DNA of 64,000 bases from Armatimonadota bacterium (GTDB lineage: Bacteria > Armatimonadota > UBA5829 > DSUL01), in NCBI GenBank assembly GCA_039811685.1, contig JBDHZC010000003.1:224001-288000 (forward strand), given 5' to 3'. The notes beneath the pieces were generated by a model, which did not search any database, was not told where the DNA came from, and saw nothing but the letters and a program-made list of their open reading frames with translations. This document shows, one piece after another, positions 57,758 to 64,000 of the stretch; position 1 is the first letter of the stretch, and each line of letters opens with the position of its first letter. The position numbers were made by a program, and so were the translations under genes.

Positions 57758-60514
57758 CTATCCGGCGTGCTTCCGCAAGAGTTGTCTGAGCACGTACTGC
57801 AGGATGCCGCCATGCCGGTAGTACTCTATCTCCTGGGGAGTATCAATTCGCACCGTCGCTGCAAAGGTGGTCTCCACATCCAGCAGTTTCGCCCGTACGT
57901 TCACGGTACGCCCGCCCTCAAAGCCGCTTTTCAGCTTGTCTGAGAGACCTTCTATCGAGAACTCCTCGTGGCCGGTCAACTTCAGAGACTCGGCGCTCTC
58001 TCCAGGAAGAAACTGCAGAGGCAGGACTCCCATTCCGACAAGATTTGAGCGGTGAATGCGCTCGTAGCTTTCAGCAATGACAGCTTTCACGCCCTGCAGA
58101 TAGGGGCCCTTTGCCGCCCAGTCCCGGCTTGATCCAGACCCGTACTCCTTGCCTGCCAGCACCACCAGAGGCGTTCCACTGGCCTGATATTTCACGGCAG
58201 CGTCGAAGATTGACATAACTTCGCCCGTGGGGAGATATGTTGTAAAGCCGCCTTCGGTACCGGGCGCTATCCGGTTGCGAATCCGTATGTTGGCAAACGT
58301 CCCGCGCACCATAACCTCGTGGTTTCCGCGCCTCGATCCGTACGAGTTGAACCGCGCCGGGGAGACACCGTGCTCACGAAGGTATTTTCCGGCGGGAGAG
58401 TCAGCCTTGATACTGCCGGCCGGAGAGATGTGATCTGTCGTGACGCTGTCACCAAGCCACGCCAGCACTCTGGCGCCTGCGATGTCCGGCACACTTTCCG
58501 GAGCTTCCGGACTCATATTCTCAAAGTAAGGCGGGTGCTTGATGTAGGTCGAGTCCGGATTCCAGGCGAACAGCGCGCCCTCCGGAGCGTCTATAGCGTT
58601 CCAGTGCTCATCCCCTTCAAAGACCTCTGCGTAGTTCTGTCTGAACATATCGACCTTCAAAGCCTGCTCTATCGCTTCGCTGACTTCAGCTTGCGTGGGC
58701 CAGATATGGCGCAGATACACGGGCTCTCCGTCTGAACCGGTTCCCAGAGGCTCGTTGTACAGATCTACGTCCATCCGCCCGGTCAGCGCGTAGGCCACCA
58801 CCAGCGGCGGAGACATCAGGTAATTGGCGCGCACTTCAGGGTTTATCCGGCCTTCAAAGTTGCGGTTGCCGGACAGCACGCTGACCGCCACGAGCCTGCC
58901 TTCTTCGATTCCTTCGACAACGGGTTCGGGAAGAGGACCGGAATTGCCAATACACGTTGTGCATCCGTATCCGACTGTGTTAAATCTCAGCTTGTTGAGA
59001 TAAGGCGTCAACCCGGCCTGGTCGAGATAGCGTGTCACAACTCGAGACCCTGGCGCCAGAGAGGTCTTAACCCAAGGCTTGGTGTCCAGACCACGCTCTA
59101 CGGCCTTCTTCGCCAGAAGGCCAGCAGCCACCATGACCGATGGATTTGATGTGTTGGTGCAGCTTGTTATTGCCGCAATCACAATACTCCCGTGGTGTAG
59201 CGGGAAAGACTCACCGTTCATCGTCACCGTGACAGTCTCGGGTTTCGCTGTGGCAGCGACGGCCGGACCGGGTTGAGCCGCAGTGCCGGGCAGGGGTTCC
59301 AGGGACTCCGCAGGCCCAAGCAGCCCGGGCAGAGCCTCGTGAAACGCTGTGGCGGCGTTAGAGAGGCTGATGCGGTCCTGTGGCCGGCGCGGTCCGGCGA
59401 TGCTTGGCTCAACGGTGTTGAGATCGAGCTCCAGAGTGTCTGAGTAATCTGCCTTGGGAGAGTCCGGCTCGTGGAAGAGACCTTGCTCCTTCATATAGGT
59501 CTCCACGAGCGTGACCTGCTCTTCTGACCTTCCGGAGAAGCGAAGATAGCGCAGGCTCTCCTTGTCAATTGGGAAAATGCCACACGTGGCCCCGTACTCC
59601 GGCGCCATGTTTGCAATGGTCGCCCGATCCGCCAACGGCAGATGCATTAAACCCGGGCCGTAGAACTCCACAAACTTTCCGACAACCCCCTTCTTGCGCA
59701 GCATCTCGGTCACAGTCAGTACCAGATCTGTAGCTGTTGCGCCTTCAGGCAGCGCGTTCACCAGCCGGAATCCCACGACCTGAGGAATCAGCATTGAGAG
59801 AGGTTGTCCGAGCATGGCGGCCTCAGCCTCAATACCTCCGACACCCCACCCGAGTACACCCAGACCGTTCACCATCGTCGTGTGTGAGTCTGTTCCAAGC
59901 AATGTGTCTGGGTAGGCCAGCCTCTCCTCACCGTCTGAAGTGAAGACGACCCGCGCAAGGTATTCCAGATTGACCTGATGGACAATTCCCGTGCTTGGCG
60001 GCACGGCTCTGAAGTTCTTGAACGTGCCCTGACCCCACTTGAGAAACGCATACCGCTCCACGTTGCGTTCAAACTCAAGCTCCACGTTCAAAGCCAGAGC
60101 AGCATCCGAGCCGTACGCATCCACCTGGACGGAGTGATCAATGACAAGTTCGACCGGCTGGAGAGGGTTGATTTTGCTCGGGTCGCCTCCGAGGCGGGCC
60201 ATGGCGTCGCGCATAGCGGCCAGGTCCACCACGCACGGCACACCCGTAAAATCCTGAAGGAGCACACGCGCGGGAGTGAAGGCGATTTCCCCGTGAGGCA
60301 TCTGCGATGCGTCCCACGTAGCCAGCGCGCGGATGTCTTCAGGAGTCACGCTGAGGCCGTTTTCAGTTCTGAGCAGATTCTCAAGAAGAATGCGCAGGGA
60401 GTAGGGCAGTCTCGAAAGTGAGCCGGCCTCGTTCTCCAGCGCCTGAAGTCGGTAAATCGTGTAGTCCACGCCGCTGGATCGCAGTGTGCTTTTGGCTCCG
60501 AAGCTGTTATTCAA
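57758..60514 (-). CDS. acnA: Aconitate hydratase A
   Basis: [56 protein letters not shown] start after GGGAGGAG. Confidence 0.97.
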   Translation of the reverse strand: MNNSFGAKSTLRSSGVDYTIYRLQALENEAGSLSRLPYSLRILLENLLRTENGLSVTPEDIRALATWDASQMPHGEIAFTPARVLLQDFTGVPCVVDLAAMRDAMARLGGDPSKINPLQPVELVIDHSVQVDAYGSDAALALNVELEFERNVERYAFLKWGQGTFKNFRAVPPSTGIVHQVNLEYLARVVFTSDGEERLAYPDTLLGTDSHTTMVNGLGVLGWGVGGIEAEAAMLGQPLSMLIPQVVGFRLVNALPEGATATDLVLTVTEMLRKKGVVGKFVEFYGPGLMHLPLADRATIANMAPEYGATCGIFPIDKESLRYLRFSGRSEEQVTLVETYMKEQGLFHEPDSPKADYSDTLELDLNTVEPSIAGPRRPQDRISLSNAATAFHEALPGLLGPAESLEPLPGTAAQPGPAVAATAKPETVTVTMNGESFPLHHGSIVIAAITSCTNTSNPSVMVAAGLLAKKAVERGLDTKPWVKTSLAPGSRVVTRYLDQAGLTPYLNKLRFNTVGYGCTTCIGNSGPLPEPVVEGIEEGRLVAVSVLSGNRNFEGRINPEVRANYLMSPPLVVAYALTGRMDVDLYNEPLGTGSDGEPVYLRHIWPTQAEVSEAIEQALKVDMFRQNYAEVFEGDEHWNAIDAPEGALFAWNPDSTYIKHPPYFENMSPEAPESVPDIAGARVLAWLGDSVTTDHISPAGSIKADSPAGKYLREHGVSPARFNSYGSRRGNHEVMVRGTFANIRIRNRIAPGTEGGFTTYLPTGEVMSIFDAAVKYQASGTPLVVLAGKEYGSGSSRDWAAKGPYLQGVKAVIAESYERIHRSNLVGMGVLPLQFLPGESAESLKLTGHEEFSIEGLSDKLKSGFEGGRTVNVRAKLLDVETTFAATVRIDTPQEIEYYRHGGILQYVLRQLLRKHAG

Positions 60515-60806
60515 TAGTTTCTCCTCCCAGGCCAAGGGACCGGCAAGTAGTCCTCTGGTCAGTCGCTGTGTCTTCGATTATGGCATGTCTGGCTACGCCC
60601 GGCGCAAGCGCTGGCGCTGCGCTGCACCTGTGCAGATATTCTGCCCGGCGCCGCAGATACGCACTCTTCATTTAACCTTATCGCCCACCGTGATCTGCGA
60701 GCTGCGCTCAGATACAAAACGGTTATGCTCAAAGAGGACGAGACCATTCAGCCTGATGTTTCACGCGAGCCGGCCAGGCGCGGCTGTGTCGCTCTGGAGA
60801 TGGCGG

Positions 60807-60833
60807 GGAACCGTTTTCGTTCTGTCGCAGTTG
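60807..60833 (+). promoter_or_regulatory. Possible SigH/SigR-like ECF promoter of msrA
   Basis: GGAAC-N18-GTTG. Confidence 0.4.
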
Positions 60834-60910
60834 GTTTCAATGCGGCGGCGCATGAAGTTATTTGCAGTGTTTGACAGCGCGTGACGCAAGTCGCGCAGGA
60901 GGAATTCTCA

Positions 60911-61381
60911 TTGGAAACAGCGATCTTCGCGGCAGGTTGCTTCTGGGGTGTCGAGGAGGCTTTTCGATCGGTGCGCGGGGTGGAAAACGTAACGGTCGGC
61001 TACTGCGGCGGTCACACCTCCAGTCCCACCTATAAACAAGTGTGCTCGGGAGAGACCGGCCATGCCGAGGTGGCGCGGGTCGAGTTTGATCCCTCAGTCG
61101 TCAGCTATGGTGAGCTGCTGGAGGTGTTCTGGAAAATCCATGATCCCACTCAGTTGAACCGGCAGGGCCCGGACTTCGGGACGCAGTACAGATCAGCAGT
61201 TTTCTATACTGAGCCAGAGCAGCGCGACATTGCCGAAGAGTCCAAGCGTCAACTCCAGGCCAGCGGAAAATTCGCAAGGCCCGTCGTGACGGAAATCACA
61301 CCGGCTTCAACCTTCTGGCCGGCGGAAGACTATCATCAGCAGTATTTGTCCAAAAGAGGCGTCTCAGGCTGCCATCTCTGA
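60911..61381 (+). CDS. msrA: Peptide-methionine (S)-S-oxide reductase
   Basis: GCFWG, TGHAE, RQGPDFGTQYRS, AEDYHQQY; TTG start after AGGAGG. Confidence 0.97.
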   Translation: METAIFAAGCFWGVEEAFRSVRGVENVTVGYCGGHTSSPTYKQVCSGETGHAEVARVEFDPSVVSYGELLEVFWKIHDPTQLNRQGPDFGTQYRSAVFYTEPEQRDIAEESKRQLQASGKFARPVVTEITPASTFWPAEDYHQQYLSKRGVSGCHL

Positions 61382-61424
61382 ATTGCGGCGAGAAAAATTC
61401 GCGCTTTTGGATTGGGCCCGCTGT

Positions 61425-61441
61425 TTGGCACGCTTTGTGCA
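61425..61441 (+). promoter_or_regulatory. sigma54-type -24/-12 promoter
   Basis: TTGGCACGCTTTGTGCA with GG (61427-8) and GC (61439-40) exactly 10 nt apart. Confidence 0.55.
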
Positions 61442-61451
61442 CTTAATATCT

Positions 61452-61531
61452 GCGGAAACCAAAACATCTTTTTCTCCTTCTGTCAGACTTATTTACAGTC
61501 GGCCCGCCGCAAGGCGGGCTTTTTCTTTTTT
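61452..61531 (+). ncRNA. Candidate small RNA A (anti-SD seed)
   Basis: sigma54-like promoter, seed AACATCTTTTTCTCCTTCT, GACT/AGTC mini-hairpin and a strong terminator; no credible plus-strand ORF. Confidence 0.5.
61501..61531 (+). terminator. Strong intrinsic terminator
   Basis: GGCCCGCC-GCAA-GGCGGGCT followed by TTTTCTTTTTT. Confidence 0.9.
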
Positions 61532-61673
61532 CCTGAGCCCATACTCTGACAGAAAGGTGCGCTCTTCCCCGGCCGTCGCATCCTCAACATTCGTATTCTA
61601 AGCAGCAAAAGCGCACGGGGCTTTCTGCATCATAGTTCTTGCTGAATGTAGTGTGCTCATTCAGCCGCACGTC

Positions 61674-61707
61674 GCCCAGGCCTCTCAATCCGAGAGCTGG
61701 GCTTTTT
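61674..61707 (+). terminator. Second plus-strand terminator in an ORF-free interval
   Basis: GCCCAG-GC-CTCTC..GAGAG-CTGGGC plus TTTTT. Confidence 0.7.
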
Positions 61708-61967
61708 CAGAACACTGTTGGCTGACCCAGAGGAGGTATCTGGATTTGGGCGGTGTTCTTGAAGTGCTCGTGTGGTGCGCTTGACGGTTGTTTGCAGATT
61801 GCCTGGCCTGCGGCCGGCAGAATAACTCAGCAGAGGGCCTGAGTCCTGGCCAAAAGCGCGCCAAGAGCTCAGGTTTGAGTGTCGCACAGGACGGAGGCGT
61901 AGAACTGTGACGTCTCATGCACCTGCAGCGCGGCACGTTAGTGGGAAAAGCGGAGTTTGAAAAAGAA

Positions 61968-62041
61968 TCGGGGCGACAGGATTCGAACCTGCGACCACCG
62001 GTACCCCATACCGGTACGCTACCAAGCTGCGCCACGCCCCG
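61968..62041 (-). tRNA. tRNA-Pro(GGG), CCA not encoded
   Basis: Cloverleaf CGGGGCG/CGCCCCG, D-loop AGCTTGGTA, anticodon arm CCGGT-AT GGG GT-ACCGG, T-arm GCAGG-TTCGAAT-CCTGT. Confidence 0.97.
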
Positions 62042-62141
62042 ACGGACCTTTCGCCTCAGGAATCTGCTCTCCATTTTGCCAGCCTGAGCTTTGCACGAGG
62101 CTGGCCTTGAAGGCAAGAACTACTGAGTGCGAAGCGCCCTT

Positions 62142-62171
62142 ATTATACAGCACCAGCCAGAGAGTTGTCAG
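62142..62171 (-). promoter_or_regulatory. sigma70-type promoter of tRNA-Pro
   Basis: CTGACA-N18-TATAAT on the minus strand. Confidence 0.6.
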
Positions 62172-62489
62172 CAGCCTGGGGAAACATTGGTGGAAGGCTC
62201 TTGCAGAGAGGAACCCGTACACACTTTCGGGCGAAAAGCCACAAACTATAGCTGAGCCGCTCCTGCGCTACGTCCATGACCTTCGCCCGAAACCAGCGTT
62301 GCACGCCTTCTAGCCAGGCGCGCAACAAAAACTCGACTGTCACTTGGAACAACCGTATAAGAGACTGATTGGTTCCCGTTTCTGGCTCCAGGTTTTTGCT
62401 GATTTGCGGGCGTGTCACCTACAGGAATCTTTCAGGACGGAGGTACTGTTCCGATATAATGGATTGTGCGCTAAGCACGCGAGTTCGCT

Positions 62490-64000
62490 ATGGATCAACA
62501 CGCACTACAAGTTCTGGAGTTCGGAAAAGTCTTGCAACAACTCGCAGATCATACTGCGACAGAAGTCGGAGCTGCGCTTGCGCTTGTCCTTGCGCCAGCC
62601 GGCAATCTTGGGGAAGTACAGCTTCGTCAGACGCAGACCGCTGAGGCCCGGCAACTTCTGGATGACTTCGGTGGAATGCCACTGGGCGGCGCTCACAATA
62701 TCCTCCCGCATCTCGAAAAGGCTGTGCGTGCGGGATGCCTGGATGGGCGGGAGTTGCTTGACATCGCCGAGACTCTCACGGCTTCAGAGCGGCTCAGTGC
62801 CTTTCTGCGCAAACACTCACTCCTCACTCCCGAGCTCTCAACGCTTGCGAGCAGCCTCGCCAGCCTGCCAGATGTCTCCAAATCCATTGCGGAAGCCATT
62901 GATCAGGCGGCTGAAGTGCGCGACTCAGCAAGCTCTAAGCTTGCGTCCGTGCGGCGGGAGATGCGCACTGTCGCTGGTCGTGTGCAGGAGAAGCTCAATG
63001 GTATCCTGCAGGGCACGGCGACCCGCGAAGCTTTGCAGGACCCCGTCATCGTTTCCCGCCACGGGCGCTGGTGCGTACCTGTTCGCTCTTCCCACAAATC
63101 TGTGGTCCCCGGTGTCGTGCATGACGCCAGCGCCAGCGGCGCTACCCTTTTTGTTGAGCCTCAGTCCGTCGTGGAGCTTGGCAATCGCCTTCGCCAGCTC
63201 GAAGCCGAGGAACAGGACGAAATCGAGCGCATCCTGCGCGCGCTAACGGCAAAGGTCGCCCAAAGCGCGGACGATCTGCGAGTCAATGTAAACGTCATCG
63301 CCAGTCTCGACCTCGCTAACGCCAGCGCGCTGCTCGCTGAAGCGCACAGAGCCGTTCGTCCGTCTATCCACCCGGGAGCGTTTCTCAATTTCCGCCAGGC
63401 GAGGCATCCACTTTTGAAGGGCGACGTCGTTCCCATCGATGTCCGCGTCGGCTCGGATTTTCAAGGCCTGCTCATTACAGGCCCTAACACTGGCGGAAAG
63501 ACCGTAACGCTCAAAACAGTGGGTTTGCTGACCCTCATGGCGCAGGCTGGACTGCAGATTCCCGCCGCTGAGGGAAGTCAGTGCGGAGTCTTTGCCGATA
63601 TTTTTGCGGATATCGGCGATGAACAGAGCATTGAGCAGTCCCTTTCCACCTTTTCCGGACACGTCCGCAACATCATCCGCACACTGCAGCGGATTGAGCC
63701 AGGCAGTCTGGTTTTGTTTGATGAGCTTGGCTCGGGTACGGATCCGGCCGAAGGCGCTGCCCTGGCCTCTGCCGTGCTTCGCTGGCTCGCTGACAAAGAT
63801 GTGTGCATTGTGGCGACAAGTCATTACGGAGAGCTGAAAAGCTTTGCCTACGCAACGCCTGGTTTCGAGAATGCCTCCGTTGAGTTTGACAAAGAGAGTC
63901 TGCGCCCGACCTACCGTCTGTTGACAGGCGTTCCCGGGGCAAGCCACGCCCTGCATATCGCCGGCAAACTGGGTATGCCCGCCGAGGTTCTGGAAGATGC
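62490..64000 (+). CDS. mutS2: MutS2 family protein, 5' part (runs off the window, so absent from the ORF track)
   Basis: MDQHALQVLEFGKV start; HDASASGATLFVEP; ITGPNTGGKTVTLK, DIGDEQSIEQSLSTFSGH, DELGSGTDPAEGAALA. Confidence 0.95.
   Translation, partial: MDQHALQVLEFGKVLQQLADHTATEVGAALALVLAPAGNLGEVQLRQTQTAEARQLLDDFGGMPLGGAHNILPHLEKAVRAGCLDGRELLDIAETLTASERLSAFLRKHSLLTPELSTLASSLASLPDVSKSIAEAIDQAAEVRDSASSKLASVRREMRTVAGRVQEKLNGILQGTATREALQDPVIVSRHGRWCVPVRSSHKSVVPGVVHDASASGATLFVEPQSVVELGNRLRQLEAEEQDEIERILRALTAKVAQSADDLRVNVNVIASLDLANASALLAEAHRAVRPSIHPGAFLNFRQARHPLLKGDVVPIDVRVGSDFQGLLITGPNTGGKTVTLKTVGLLTLMAQAGLQIPAAEGSQCGVFADIFADIGDEQSIEQSLSTFSGHVRNIIRTLQRIEPGSLVLFDELGSGTDPAEGAALASAVLRWLADKDVCIVATSHYGELKSFAYATPGFENASVEFDKESLRPTYRLLTGVPGASHALHIAGKLGMPAEVLED

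Noticed and set aside
61336..61467. 43-aa minus-strand ORF with a perfect RBS (MFWFPQILSAQ...)
   Set aside because: Overlaps the msrA 3' end antisense and has no family features; the RBS-like text is better explained as the complement of an sRNA seed, though not excluded
61530..62041. tRNA-Pro as an integration site for a genomic island
   Set aside because: No integrase and no duplicated tRNA 3' end seen; flanking genes are housekeeping
62344..63956. ORF-track entries 62344-63246 (+) and 63243-63956 (-)
   Set aside because: Alternative frames over mutS2, which starts at 62490 and is missing from the track only because it lacks a stop in the window

Overview
A GC-rich, gene-dense bacterial chromosomal segment with no integrase, transposase, CRISPR array or rRNA recognised. 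A PEP-CTERM protein, an H-X9-DG prepilin-like protein, Tat-exported sugar enzymes and a recurring 'GLLVxxWG..F.YIDDG' domain suggest Armatimonadota (inference, not a database result). Contents in order: SPW-repeat protein; feoB, a small Cys-rich protein and a DtxR/FeoA regulator; methyltransferase, MFS, two Tat TIM-barrel proteins and a sulfatase; a haem-binding protein; a DUF4129/DUF4350/MoxR/DUF58 operon; a TolC-ABC-LolA-like-MFP-RND-PII-like operon headed by a frameshifted AbrB-type regulator; catalase; a catabolic and surface-protein cluster (AKR, MDR dehydrogenase, RraA-type, DUF4838-like, PEP-CTERM, paralogue, H-X9-DG prepilin) with a repeated LacI-type operator; quinone reductase; RCC1-repeat protein; Gfo/Idh/MocA; lepA; mog; hppA; a type IV pilin locus with three near-identical major pilins plus minor pilins; GH172; mnmG; acnA; msrA; tRNA-Pro(GGG); and partial mutS2. 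The most notable signals are: (1) two unlinked candidate small RNAs sharing an anti-SD plus anti-AUG seed behind sigma54-like and ECF-like promoters; (2) tandem pilins with a conserved Cys3His motif; (3) one cargo domain carried on two different C-terminal anchors in a putatively co-regulated catabolic cluster; (4) an 8-bp repeat collapse that exactly explains the regulator frameshift. All family calls are from motif recognition by eye; no searches were run.
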